A DNA stretch of 64,000 nucleotides from Dehalococcoidia bacterium (GCA_965197585.1 OZ240215.1:2240001-2304000), one strand, 5' to 3'. Counted from the first letter of the stretch, positions 49,025-59,570 are shown. Program-made: numbers and translations. The notes: generated by a model from the sequence alone, not told the origin.

Positions 49025-50344
49025 ATGAGACACACAACCTCGTTATATAGGAAAAAGAGGGGGCTGGCATTGGGTCTTGTGTCCCTCGCCTTGGTCGCGC
49101 TGCTAATTGTTGCAGCTTGCGGCGAGTCCGCCACCGCCACCCCCGAGCCCGCGGTCACCGACCCTACACCCGAGCCCACAGCGGCTATGGACGAAGCCAC
49201 CGCAGAACCGGGTACAACCCTCAGACCCGTGAGCGAGTGGACCGTGGATAACCCCGGCACCTTTGCAGAGATTGAGGCGGCCCTTGAAAACCACCGCGGC
49301 GAGAGCTTCTCCTTCGCCACTTGGGGCGGCGCCTACCAGGAGATGCAGAGGCTGGCCTTCTTCGTGCCCTTTTCGGAGAAATTCGGCATAGAGATTATCG
49401 AAGACGGACCTCCTGACTACGCCAAGGTGCGGGCCATGGCCCATACTGGAAACGTCACTTGGGACATCGTCGATGGCTCCGGCCAGGCCGGTGTCACCAT
49501 GGGTCTCGAAGGCGTCCTCGAAGAGCTGGACGAGTCCATCATCGACAAGCGTGACCTCTTCCCCCACATCAGGGATGCTCCCTGGATCGGTGGCGGCGGC
49601 TCTGCCTACTCCATGGTGCTGCTCTACAGCAAAGACACCTACCCGGACGGTGGTGCTCAACCCTCCAGGTGGGCAGACTACCTGGATGACGACAAGTTCC
49701 CCGGACTTCGGGGCATGATCCCCAACGACTGGAACTGGAAGCACATGGTCCGCTGGGCCCACTTGGCCACCAACCCCTCCCTGCTCGACACGGAAGAGGG
49801 TAGAGCTTCCCTCTCCGCAATGAGCCCGGAAGAACTGGACGTGTCATGGCAAATAATCGAGGAACAACTCGTCCCGGCCATCGACCTCTATACCCCAGGC
49901 AGCAACGACTGCATCCTCTTCCTCGAATCCGGCGAAGTTGACATCTGCCAGACCGACAACGGTTTCGCCTACGATGCACTGGCCAATGCCGGTCACAACA
50001 TTGCCATTTGCTGGGAATGCGGCCACGACGTCCTGACGGACAACTGGTGGATCATAAGGGGAATCAAGGAGCAGGACCCCGTTAAGTGGGAGCTCCTAAA
50101 CCTCTTCTTCGCCTGGACCCAGGACCCGGAGATCGCAGCTAGCCAGGCCCTCTACCAGCCCTACGGGCCTACGAACCTCAAGTCCGCTCCCTTCCTCTCA
50201 GCGCCTGAATTCGACGCTCACAGGGACTACCTGTCCACCGCAGACGCCAACCTTCCCTACGCCATCCTCATGGACGAGGCGTCGGATGGAGTGATTGGTG
50301 GAGCCCAGGCAGATCTCTGGTTTGAAGCGCAAGGCAAGAATTAA
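49025..50344 (+). CDS. ABC-type extracellular solute-binding lipoprotein (PotD/PotF-like)
   Basis: Lipobox VAAC, TWGGAYQ, WDIVD, YGPTN. Confidence 0.88.
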   Translation: MRHTTSLYRKKRGLALGLVSLALVALLIVAACGESATATPEPAVTDPTPEPTAAMDEATAEPGTTLRPVSEWTVDNPGTFAEIEAALENHRGESFSFATWGGAYQEMQRLAFFVPFSEKFGIEIIEDGPPDYAKVRAMAHTGNVTWDIVDGSGQAGVTMGLEGVLEELDESIIDKRDLFPHIRDAPWIGGGGSAYSMVLLYSKDTYPDGGAQPSRWADYLDDDKFPGLRGMIPNDWNWKHMVRWAHLATNPSLLDTEEGRASLSAMSPEELDVSWQIIEEQLVPAIDLYTPGSNDCILFLESGEVDICQTDNGFAYDALANAGHNIAICWECGHDVLTDNWWIIRGIKEQDPVKWELLNLFFAWTQDPEIAASQALYQPYGPTNLKSAPFLSAPEFDAHRDYLSTADANLPYAILMDEASDGVIGGAQADLWFEAQGKN

Positions 50345-50368
50345 ATAGTTGCAGGCAAGCCAAAAGTC

Positions 50369-50396
50369 GGGGGGCCGGTCGCATGACCGGCCCCCC
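50369..50396 (+). terminator. GGGGCCGGTC..GACCGGCCCC hairpin after each SBP gene
   Basis: Repeated at 51919-51946 and 53488-53515. Confidence 0.7.
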
Positions 50397-50578
50397 TCAA
50401 TAGTAAATCATCCATTTGGGGCTCACTTTGCCCCGTTGGTTCTCAGCAAGGGCGTAGCCACGCCTCGACACCCACCCCTTTCGGGAGGCAGCTTATAAAT
50501 TATCCATAGCGGCAGACAAGCTATCTGGAGGAAGCGCCCAGCCCTTCCGAAAGTATCGGTTAGCATTAGCTGAGAGGC

Positions 50579-51895
50579 AAAAAAAAGACACATTCCGTTC
50601 CCGTCTACAGAAGAAAGAGATGGTTGGCCCTTGGGCTTTTGTCCCTCGCCCTTGTTGCCATGCTTACCGTCGTGGCTTGCGGCTAGTCCGCCACGGCTAC
50701 TCCTGACGCAGATGAGGCAATGCCCGAGCCTACGCCAACAGCGATGATGGAAGAGCCCGATGAACCATCCACCAGCCTGCGCCCCATAAGCGAATGGACC
50801 GTCGACAATCCCGGCACCCATGAAGAAGTAGTGGCAGCTCTGGCCGCCCACCGCGGCGGCAGCTTCACCTTCGCATCCTGGGGATCCGCCTACCAGGCCA
50901 TGCAGCGCCAGGCATTCCTGATCCCCTTTGCCACAGAGTTCGGCGTCGAGATTATCGAAGATGGCCCTCCCGACTACGCCAAGGTAAGGGCCATGGCCCA
51001 CACTGGCAACATAACCTGGGACATCATTGACGGCTCCGGTCAGGCTTCAATCACAATGGGCCTGGAGGGAGTCCTGGAAGAGCTCAACTTGGCCATCGTG
51101 GATAAGACAGATCTATTCCCCCACATCCGTGACGCCCCCTGGATCGGCGGCGGAGGTTCCGCCTTCTCCCACATGGTAATGTGGAGCAAGGACACCTACG
51201 GTGACGACGGTCCCAAGACCATGGCCGATGCTTTTGACAAGGAGAAGTTCCCCGGACGCAGGGGCATCTTCTCCCAGGATTGGGCCTGGAAGCACCGCGT
51301 ACGCTTCGGACTACTCATCGATGACCCTACCCTCCTCGACACCGAAGAGGGCAGAGCTAGCCTCTCCGCCATGAGCCCCGAGGAGCTTGAAAGAGCTTGG
51401 CAAGTCGTCGAAGAACGAATGATTCCCAATACCGACGTCTTCTTCGCCGGCGCCAGCGACTGCCCGGCCCTCATTCAGTCCGGCGAGCTGGACGTCTGCG
51501 AGACTGACAACGGAATCGGCTTCGACTCCGTCGTGAACACTGACCTTAACGCCCACCTTTGTTGGGAGTGCGGCCACGATGTGCTGACCGACAACTGGTG
51601 GTCCCCCAGGGGCCTCGCCGAACAGGAACCCGAGCGATGGGAGCTCATCAACCTCTTCTTCGCTTGGTCGCAGCACCCTGAGATCGCCGCAAGTCAGGCG
51701 CTCTACCAACCCTACGGCCCCACTAACCTGAAGTCGGGTCCCTTCCTCGCAGCGCCGGAATTCGACACTCACCGGCCCTACCTGCCCACCGCCGACGCCA
51801 ACCTCCCCTACGCCATCCTCATGGATGAGGCCTCAGACGGCATGATCGGTGGAGCACAAGCAGATATCTGGTTCGAAGTTCAGGGCAAGAATTAA
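50579..51895 (+). pseudogene. SBP paralog with lost start codon and in-frame TAG just after the lipobox; body (50720-51895) intact
   Basis: Reads YRRKRWLALGLLSLALVAMLTVVACG*SATATP, where paralogs have ACGESATATP; TAG at 50684-50686. Confidence 0.75.
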
Positions 51896-52152
51896 ACAGT
51901 TCTAGGTAAGCCAAAAGTGGGGGGCCGGTCATACGACCGGCCCCCCGCAATAGTTACTCGCACCTTGGGTTCTCGCCCTCTCTAGACCGGCCTTTAGAAA
52001 GACCACAGCCGTTCCCGGCCATGTTACCCGTTCTGGAGGTAGCTTATGAATCATTCGTAGCGGCCGATAAGCCGCCTGCAGGAAGACCTGCATCGCTTCC
52101 TGAGAATTTGATTAGCGTGGGCTTTGACTAGCAGTGGAGGAGAGGTTTGACT

Positions 52153-53463
52153 ATGAAGTATCTGACCCCAATATATGGAAGTAAGAAATGGCTGGTTCTC
52201 GGGCTCCTATCCTTGGCCCTCGTCGCACTCCTGATCGTTGCCGCCTGCGGCGAGTCCGCCACCGCAACCCCGGAGCCGGAGGATGCAATGCCCGAGCCTA
52301 CGCAGACAGCGCTGATGGAGGGAGAGCCGGATGAACCATCCACCGGTCTGCGCCCCATAACCGAATGGACCGCCGACAACCCCGGCACCCATGAAGAGGT
52401 GGTAGCAGCCCTGGCGGCCCACCGCGGCGGCAGCTTCACCTTCGCATCCTGGGGATCGGCCTACCAAGCTATGCAGCGCCAGGCATTCTTGGTCCCCTTC
52501 GCCACGGAGTTCGGCGTCGAGATTGTCGAGGACGGCCCCCCGGACTACGCCAAGGTCAGGGCCATGGCCCACACGGGCAACATCACCTGGGACATCATCG
52601 ACGGCTCCGGCCAGGCTTCCATCACCATGGGCCTCGAAGGAGTCCTCGAAGAGCTCAACCCGGCCATCGTGGACAAAAGTGACCTATTCCCCCACATAAG
52701 GGACGCCCCTTGGATCGGCGGCGGCGGCTCCGCCTTCTCCCATTTGTTCATTTGGAGCACGGATACCTACGGCGATAACGGACCCAAGACCATGGCCGAC
52801 ATCTTCGATGTGGAAAAGTTCCCCGGCCGACGCGGATTGGTTGGTGCAGACTGGGCTTGGAAGCACAGAGTCCGCTTCGCACTGCTAGTGGATGATCCCA
52901 CTCTCTTGGATACGGAAGAGGGCCGCGCATCCCTCTCGGCTATGAGTCCCGAGCAGCTCGACAAGGCGTGGCAGATAACCAGCGACCGAATAATCCCCGT
53001 TACTGACGTGATTTTCCCAAGTGTCGAGTGCACGGCGTTGATCAGTTCGGGTGATGTGGACATCTGCGAGACCGACAACGGTGTAGGCTTTGACGCTATT
53101 GTAAACGGCGGTCTAAACGGGCATCTCTGCTGGGAGTGCGGTCACGACGTGCTGACCGACAACTGGTGGTCCCCCAGGGGGCTGGCAGAGCAGGAGCCCG
53201 AGAGATGGGAACTGATCAACCTGTTCTTCGCATGGGCCCAGCATCCGGAAATCGCGGCCAGCCAGGCCCTCTACCAGCCTTACGGGCCTACGAACCTAAA
53301 GTCCGCTCCCTTCCTCGCAGCGCCTGAATACGACGCCCACAGGCCCTACCTGCCTACCGCAGACGCTAACCTCCCCTACGCCATCCTCATGGATGAGGCG
53401 GCGGATGGAGCTATAGGCGGAGCGCAAGCAGAGATCTGGTTTGAGGTTCAGGGCAAGAACTAA
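52153..53463 (+). CDS. ABC-type extracellular solute-binding lipoprotein (PotD/PotF-like)
   Basis: Lipobox VAAC; close paralog of the two upstream copies. Confidence 0.88.
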   Translation: MKYLTPIYGSKKWLVLGLLSLALVALLIVAACGESATATPEPEDAMPEPTQTALMEGEPDEPSTGLRPITEWTADNPGTHEEVVAALAAHRGGSFTFASWGSAYQAMQRQAFLVPFATEFGVEIVEDGPPDYAKVRAMAHTGNITWDIIDGSGQASITMGLEGVLEELNPAIVDKSDLFPHIRDAPWIGGGGSAFSHLFIWSTDTYGDNGPKTMADIFDVEKFPGRRGLVGADWAWKHRVRFALLVDDPTLLDTEEGRASLSAMSPEQLDKAWQITSDRIIPVTDVIFPSVECTALISSGDVDICETDNGVGFDAIVNGGLNGHLCWECGHDVLTDNWWSPRGLAEQEPERWELINLFFAWAQHPEIAASQALYQPYGPTNLKSAPFLAAPEYDAHRPYLPTADANLPYAILMDEAADGAIGGAQAEIWFEVQGKN

Positions 53464-53535
53464 AGAGTTTTAGGCAAGCCGAAAAAGAGGGGGCCGGTCG
53501 TACGACCGGCCCCCTTGCTTTTACCTTCCAAAAAA

Positions 53536-55593
53536 TCAGATTGCCCTCGCCTTGTCTCTCCCTCGCTCCAAATGCACTAGCAGAAGGCTCAAGTCCGAAG
53601 TCCCCACCCCCGGCACCCGAGACGCCTGCCCCACCGTCAACGGCAGAAACTTGCTCAGGTTATCCCGAGCCTCGTTGGATAGGCCCCGCACCTCGTCGTA
53701 GGCAACACCACTGGGTATCGGGCGCTGCTCCAGCTTGCGGATCCGATCTACTTCCCGATTCTGTCTCGCTATATAGTCCCGGTACTTGGCCTCTATCTCC
53801 ACCTGGCTCCTGCACTCCTCATCCAACTCCCGGTCTCCGAGCCCAAGAGCCAGGGCGGTGTCATAATCGACCTCCGGGCGCCGTAGAAACTCCAAAGTCG
53901 TCACCGCTTTCCGAACGGGCGCCAACCCCCGACTCTCCAAGTGCGCATCCATACTCCCGTCCTGCGGCAAATACGTCCCACCCAACCTACCCAGTTCCCG
54001 TGCGACTCTCTCTCGCTTCTCCTCCACCATCCCGTATTGTTCTGCGCTTAGAAGGCCAACCTCATACCCGATGGGAGCGAGCCTCTGGTCGGCGTTGTCC
54101 TGCCTCAGAAGCAGCCGGTGCTCGGCCCGAGACGTGAGCATCCTGTACGGCTCGAAGTGGTCCCGGGTCACGAGGTCGTCGATCATCACACCCAGGTACG
54201 CCTGGTCTCGACGCAGAATCAGGGGCGCGCGCCCCTTGACATTCAACGCGGCGTTTATCCCTGCCACTATCCCCTGCCCCGCCGCCTCCTCGTACCCCGA
54301 GGTCCCGCACACCTGTCCCGCCAGGAACAGGTTGGGCACCGGTTTCGACTCCATCGTGGCATTGATCTGGTCTGTCAGGACAAAGTCGTATTCGATCGCG
54401 TATCCGGGCTTCAGTATCTCGGCCCGCTCCAACCCCGCTATCGACCTAACGAACGCCTCCTGCACGTCCTCCGGCAGGCTGGTGTTTGCACCTTGAAGGT
54501 ACACCTCGTTAGTCTCCCAGCCTTCAGGTTCTAGGAACAACCCGTGGGAGTCCTTGTGGGCAAACCGCACTACCTTGTCCTCGATGGACGGGCAGTACCG
54601 TGGCCCGACCCCCTCTATAGACCCGTTGAACATAGGGGCCCTGTCCAGGTTCGCTGTTATCACCGCGTGAGTCTTCGGGTTCGTGCTGACCAGGTAGCAG
54701 GCCATCTGTGGCCGCCACCCCGACTCCGGACCCCGAGGGTAGACCGGGTTCGGCGTCGGGAAGCTCAGGTTATCATCGTCACATCCCCAGAAGCTGAAGT
54801 GAAGTGGAGTCGGGCTTCCCGGCTGAATCCGCGCCTTTCCGAAATTGATGCTCCGGGCATCGAGCCTCGGCGGAGTTCCCGTCTTATGCCTCCCCAACTC
54901 AAACCCAAGATTTCTCAGAGACCTCGATATCTCCGTAGCTGCCGGCTCTCCCGCCCGACCCCCCGTGTACGCCCTCTCCCCCATGATGATCTTCCCAGCC
55001 AGAGACGTCCCCGTCGTCAGAATAACGGTCTTCCCCAAGAAGTCCTCCCCCGCCTTCGTCTCCAGCCTAATCACCCCACCCCTCCCAGCACTCCCGCTCT
55101 CTATCCTCGTGTCAGTCCGAGCCCCTCCTTTCATGTCATTCCGAGGCTCCGCGCTGAAAGTCCGCCGAGGCGGGAGGAATCTAGGACTTGCCCCGACACC
55201 TACCTCTATGGGAACAATCCCCGTAACCAACGCCTCCCGAATAGTCAGCCCCTCCTGCCGCTCCAACGTCTTCCGCATCCCACTCGCATAAAGACGCTTG
55301 TCCGATTGCGCCCGAAGGGCCTGCACCGCAGGCCCTTTGCCCGTGTTCAGCATCCGGATCTGTATGAAGGTCTTATCTGTGTTGCGCCCCATCTCACCAC
55401 CCAGCGCATCAACCTCCCGAGCCAAGTGTCCCTTCGCCGGCCCCCCGATGGACGGGTTGCATGGCATGAGAGCAATATGGTCCAGCTTCATCGTCAAGAC
55501 CAACGTCTCGCATCCCATCCGAGCCGCAGCCAACGCCGCCTCGCACCCCGCGTGGCCCGCCCCGATAACTATTACGTCGTACACCTTCACCAT
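53536..55593 (-). CDS. mnmG: tRNA uridine-5-carboxymethylaminomethyl modification enzyme MnmG (GidA)
   Basis: GAGHAGCEAA, CNPSIGGPAKG, KTGTPPR, GPRYCPSIEDK, GTSGYEEAAGQG. Confidence 0.97.
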   Translation of the reverse strand: MVKVYDVIVIGAGHAGCEAALAAARMGCETLVLTMKLDHIALMPCNPSIGGPAKGHLAREVDALGGEMGRNTDKTFIQIRMLNTGKGPAVQALRAQSDKRLYASGMRKTLERQEGLTIREALVTGIVPIEVGVGASPRFLPPRRTFSAEPRNDMKGGARTDTRIESGSAGRGGVIRLETKAGEDFLGKTVILTTGTSLAGKIIMGERAYTGGRAGEPAATEISRSLRNLGFELGRHKTGTPPRLDARSINFGKARIQPGSPTPLHFSFWGCDDDNLSFPTPNPVYPRGPESGWRPQMACYLVSTNPKTHAVITANLDRAPMFNGSIEGVGPRYCPSIEDKVVRFAHKDSHGLFLEPEGWETNEVYLQGANTSLPEDVQEAFVRSIAGLERAEILKPGYAIEYDFVLTDQINATMESKPVPNLFLAGQVCGTSGYEEAAGQGIVAGINAALNVKGRAPLILRRDQAYLGVMIDDLVTRDHFEPYRMLTSRAEHRLLLRQDNADQRLAPIGYEVGLLSAEQYGMVEEKRERVARELGRLGGTYLPQDGSMDAHLESRGLAPVRKAVTTLEFLRRPEVDYDTALALGLGDRELDEECRSQVEIEAKYRDYIARQNREVDRIRKLEQRPIPSGVAYDEVRGLSNEARDNLSKFLPLTVGQASRVPGVGTSDLSLLLVHLERGRDKARAI

Positions 55594-55704
55594 TTCACCG
55601 CCAATCTTAATCGTCCTACTCCCCCCTCGGTCAAGAGTAGGTCGGCAATCGTGTTGATCCTCTCATAGGACGGGCGAGTATGGCAGATGGTGTAAAATGA
55701 CGAT

Positions 55705-55971
55705 ATGACATGGGAGGAGTCGGGGCTTCAGTACACCCGACACGCCCGTCGGGCCATGGAAGAGCGCATGATCCAGGTAAAATAGGTTGAGGAGACTATA
55801 TCCACACCCGATATGCGTTCAAACGACCCAGGGGATGATGAACTTGAGCGTTTCTTTAAGCGCATTCCCGAATTCGACAACAGGGTCTTGCGAGCAGTTG
55901 TGAACACTCGCGAATCCCCTTGGCGTGTAGTAAGCGCTTTCTTTGATAGTGGAATGAGGAACAGAATATGA
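55705..55971 (+). pseudogene. DUF4258-like toxin with internal stop
   Basis: YTRHARRAMEER..K*VEET..RVLRAVVN..VVSAFFD; TAG at 55783-55785; overlaps the next gene by ATGA. Confidence 0.7.
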
Positions 55972-56168
55972 AGCTATATGTCGACAAGGAAGCCGACGCC
56001 CTTTACTTGCGCCTGGACGATTCGGACATACTCGAATCTGAAGAAGTCTCGGCAGGCGTTGTTCTTGACTACAACAAATCTAAGGATGTTGTGGGAGTTG
56101 AGATGCTGTACCTCTCAAAACGCTCGCCCAAACTCAACCTGTCCACCCTTCAATTCGAGACGGTATAA
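55968..56168 (+). CDS. DUF2283 family protein (putative antitoxin)
   Basis: MKLYVDKEADALYLRL..SEEV..GVVLDY..VVGVE. Confidence 0.88.
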   Translation: MKLYVDKEADALYLRLDDSDILESEEVSAGVVLDYNKSKDVVGVEMLYLSKRSPKLNLSTLQFETV

Positions 56169-56248
56169 AGGCGGCCCGGGAACCGTAAAGGTGGGTGGGG
56201 CTACCCCCCAGTAAATCTCACCCTCAGACTCTGCCGTATAATTTCCTC

Positions 56249-57382
56249 ATGACAATCCAAACCTCGCCCGCTCAAAAGACAGCGTCGGCCGCAACCTCGG
56301 CGACCCGAAAGTCCACAGTCGCAGCCGTATTCACCACACCCGAGACCGTTTTGGACGACTACGTCCGCCTCGCCGAGCTGGCGGGCATGGAAGACCACCT
56401 CCCCAAGGACCTCCCCACCCTTCTGAAGATCAACATCTCCTGGCAATACTACTACCCCGCCTGCTCCACCCCACCCTGGCAGATAGAGGGCGCCGTCAAG
56501 GCCCTCCAGTCAAGCGGCTACACCGACCTCATCGCCGCACACAACGGCACCGTGGTCGTCGACGCCCGGGAAGGTGAGGTCCGTAACAAGCAGAAGGTCG
56601 TCACCGACAAGTACAACCTCCCAAACATGCACCTTGAGGAAGATCCCGTCCGCTGGATCGAGTACCGGCCCAAGGCCAAGATGCTCGCCCTCGACGAAAT
56701 CTTCCCCGACGGAATCCAGATCCCCGAGCCCTTCATCGGCAAAAATGTAGTCCAGCTGCCCACCATGAAGACCCACGTCTTCACCAGGATGACCGGAGCC
56801 ATGAAAAACGCCTTCGGTGGGCTGCTGAACAGGAAGCGCCACTACACCCACTCCGTCATCCACGAGACCCTTGTCGACCTCCTGGCAATCCAGAAAGAGA
56901 TACATCCCGGTATCTTCGCAATGATGGACGGCTCCTTCGCCGGAGACGGCCCCGGCCCCCGAGCCATGAGGTGGCACGTCAAGAACCTGCTATTGGCCAG
57001 CGCCGATCAGGTGGCGATTGACGCCGTGGCCGCACGGCTCATGGGCTTCGACCCCATGTCCATCAAGTTCATACGCCTAGCCCATGACGCAGGATTGGGG
57101 TGCGGAGACCCGAGGGAGATAGAGATCGCGGGAGAAGACCTGTCAGGTGTGAACTGGGGGTTCAGTGGGTCGGAGAACACCTTTGCCAGCAGGGGCCAAA
57201 AGCTGATTTACTGGGGTCCTCTCAAGCCCTTGGAGAAGCTGTTGCTTCGCTCGCCCATGGTCCCTTGGGCCTACCTGGCCTCGAACCTGTACCACAATGT
57301 CTTCTGGATGAACCTAATCGGGAAGCGTCGCATCAGGGAGGCAATGAAGACAGGCTGGGGCAAGCTGTTCCAGAGCTATTGA
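56249..57382 (+). CDS. DUF362 domain protein
   Basis: LPTMKTH..TGAMKNAFG, DG..AGDGPGP, DQVAIDA. Confidence 0.88.
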   Translation: MTIQTSPAQKTASAATSATRKSTVAAVFTTPETVLDDYVRLAELAGMEDHLPKDLPTLLKINISWQYYYPACSTPPWQIEGAVKALQSSGYTDLIAAHNGTVVVDAREGEVRNKQKVVTDKYNLPNMHLEEDPVRWIEYRPKAKMLALDEIFPDGIQIPEPFIGKNVVQLPTMKTHVFTRMTGAMKNAFGGLLNRKRHYTHSVIHETLVDLLAIQKEIHPGIFAMMDGSFAGDGPGPRAMRWHVKNLLLASADQVAIDAVAARLMGFDPMSIKFIRLAHDAGLGCGDPREIEIAGEDLSGVNWGFSGSENTFASRGQKLIYWGPLKPLEKLLLRSPMVPWAYLASNLYHNVFWMNLIGKRRIREAMKTGWGKLFQSY

Positions 57383-57690
57383 GCGCTGCTGCCGCCCTCT
57401 TCCTCGTCGAAGTCCTCGTCGCTGAACACACCGATCTCCCGGCCCTGGTACACCGCGACTATGAAGTCCCCCCGAGACGCGTCCGCCGTCATAACTAGTT
57501 CCTCGTCGATTGTGTCGATGAGCTCTTGTACGCCTTCCTGGGTTATGTTCTCGAGTACGCAGAGCGTAGCGTGTACCACGCTGGTACCAAAGTGCAGATC
57601 GACCCGTCCCGCCGAGCTTTCGTCGTCAATGATCGTATACGTCTCGGAGTGCGGGGTGCGGCATTCTCTTTCGAAGCGGTAGGGGGCCAT
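57376..57690 (-). CDS. Hypothetical acidic protein
   Basis: 104-aa ORF with SD, directly downstream of proA. Confidence 0.75.
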   Translation of the reverse strand: MAPYRFERECRTPHSETYTIIDDESSAGRVDLHFGTSVVHATLCVLENITQEGVQELIDTIDEELVMTADASRGDFIVAVYQGREIGVFSDEDFDEEEGGSSAQ

Positions 57691-57711
57691 GTGCGGTGTT
57701 TCCTCTCTGGT

Positions 57712-58989
57712 CTAGGGCCGGACGTGACCGCGGCCCAGAATTATCCACTTGTAGGAAGTCATCTCCCGGAGCCCCATCGGGCCCCGAGCGTGCATCTTCT
57801 GCGTGCTGATCCCCACCTCCGCCCCGAGGCCGAACTGGCCGCCGTCAGTGAAGCGGGTGCTGGCATTTACAAATACAGCCGCCGCGTCCACCTCGTCGAG
57901 AAATCTCTGGGCCGCCGAGTAGTCCTCGGTTATTATCGCCTCTGAATGCCCCGACCCATAGGTCTCTACGTGGTTCAGGGCCTCGTCCAGCCCATCGACA
58001 ACTTTGACCGAAGCGACCAGGGCAAGAAACTCCGTACCCCAGTCGGATTCTGTTGCGGGGACTGACCGGGCCTCGGGCACGCTCTGGAGCAGGTCGAGGG
58101 CCCTTTCGTCGCACCGTATCTCTACGCCCTTCTCGCTCCAGGCGCGGGCGATTCGAGGTAAGTATTCGTGGGCGACGGCTGAGTGCACGATGAGGGTGTC
58201 CAGGGCGTTGCAGGTGGAGGGGCGTTGTACCTTGGCATTGTAGGCTATGGCCACCGCACTGTCCAGATTGGCCGACTTGTCCACATACGTGTGGCACACC
58301 CCCACCCCACCCTCGACAACCGGCATCGAAGCATTCTCACCTACGTAGCGTATGAACTGCTCACTGCCCCTGGGCACCAGCAGATCGATCAGCCCCTTCA
58401 TGCCGAGCATCTCGCCGACCAGGGACCTGTCAGTCGACTCGACGAACTGAACAGCCTCCCCCGGCCCCCCGGCCTCCACGAGGCTTTCCCTCACGATTGA
58501 GGAGAGGATTAGGTTAGACCTGATGGCCTCCTTGCCGCCCCTCAGCAGCACCGCGTTCCCCGACTTGAGACACAGGCACGATATGTCTATGGTGACATTC
58601 GGGCGGCTTTCATATATTGCCCCGATCAGACCCAATGGCACTCGCCTCTTCCCGACCTGCAGCCCATTGGGCAGCGTCCTCATGTCAAAGGTCTCACCGA
58701 CAGGGTCGGGCAGCACGGCAATGCCCTCAACGTCCGCAGCGAGAGCTTGAATCCGCTCGGGCGTAAGCAAAAGCCTGTCCAAAAGGGACTCGGACAGCCC
58801 GGTCGCGACACCCGTCTCGCAGTCCTGACGGTTGGCCGAGACAATATCCTCCTGCTTTTCGAGGAGGGCTCGCGCTATGTTCCTCAGGGCCCGGTCCTTC
58901 ACCGCACCGCTCGCCCGACCCAACTCCCGCCCCGCCCCCCGAGCCGCCAAAGCCTGCACCCTAAGGTCTTGTTTAACACTCGTAGTCAT
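57712..58989 (-). CDS. proA: Gamma-glutamyl phosphate reductase
   Basis: IYESRPNVT, LRGGKEA, CNALDT, NASTRFTDG, STQKMHARGPMGL. Confidence 0.97.
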   Translation of the reverse strand: MTTSVKQDLRVQALAARGAGRELGRASGAVKDRALRNIARALLEKQEDIVSANRQDCETGVATGLSESLLDRLLLTPERIQALAADVEGIAVLPDPVGETFDMRTLPNGLQVGKRRVPLGLIGAIYESRPNVTIDISCLCLKSGNAVLLRGGKEAIRSNLILSSIVRESLVEAGGPGEAVQFVESTDRSLVGEMLGMKGLIDLLVPRGSEQFIRYVGENASMPVVEGGVGVCHTYVDKSANLDSAVAIAYNAKVQRPSTCNALDTLIVHSAVAHEYLPRIARAWSEKGVEIRCDERALDLLQSVPEARSVPATESDWGTEFLALVASVKVVDGLDEALNHVETYGSGHSEAIITEDYSAAQRFLDEVDAAAVFVNASTRFTDGGQFGLGAEVGISTQKMHARGPMGLREMTSYKWIILGRGHVRP

Positions 58990-59075
58990 TGCTCTCCTAT
59001 TATCAGGACTTGACCGCCGAGGGGCAAGAACGTGTACTCGTTCGGTAGATTAGTGACACACCGGGTTTTATTCAG

Positions 59076-59570
59076 TTGTGGGGTTTTGGTTTCCGTTTTG
59101 TCTGTTGGGAGGAGGTTGGCGATGGAAGACGCCCATTTGGCAGAGCTGCTTGTACGTGGACTTGCAGCCAGTATGCCCTGATGCTAGATGGTATACACGG
59201 ACAATTCTCGGGCCAGACGTCCGGCAGAGGCTCCTTATGGGGGCTGTATGCCCGTGGGGACACGTCGGGGCCAGGGATCTAGCTGTGCGAGGCCCCACAG
59301 CCTAACTAATAGTGTCCAAGTTCGCCGGAAAAGGACAGGAGCGAATATCCTCCGGGCACCCCCGCGCCGCAGCGCCAGTCTCCAGCAATGCGGCCCGACG
59401 TTCGAGACGGTTCTCCATGGGGGTTAGGCGGTCCGCGGAGCGTATGCTCTGGTCACCCTTGATGCAATCTCCCGTACAGGGAGCGGGGTGGGAGCGTGAA
59501 GGCCAGGGCGTCTTTCCATCGCCTGGGGATCAGGGAAGGGGGCACGGGACCCGTGGGATGAGGAGATGGC
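59076..59570 (-). ncRNA. Candidate large structured non-coding element, copy 2
   Basis: Same end blocks as 3-546; IR arms at 59506-59523 and 59118-59134; several H-type pseudoknot patterns inside. Confidence 0.55.

Noticed and set aside
50684-55785. Two in-frame TAG codons suggesting stop-codon recoding
   Set aside because: They replace different residues (Glu and probably Trp), and many intact genes here end in TAG.
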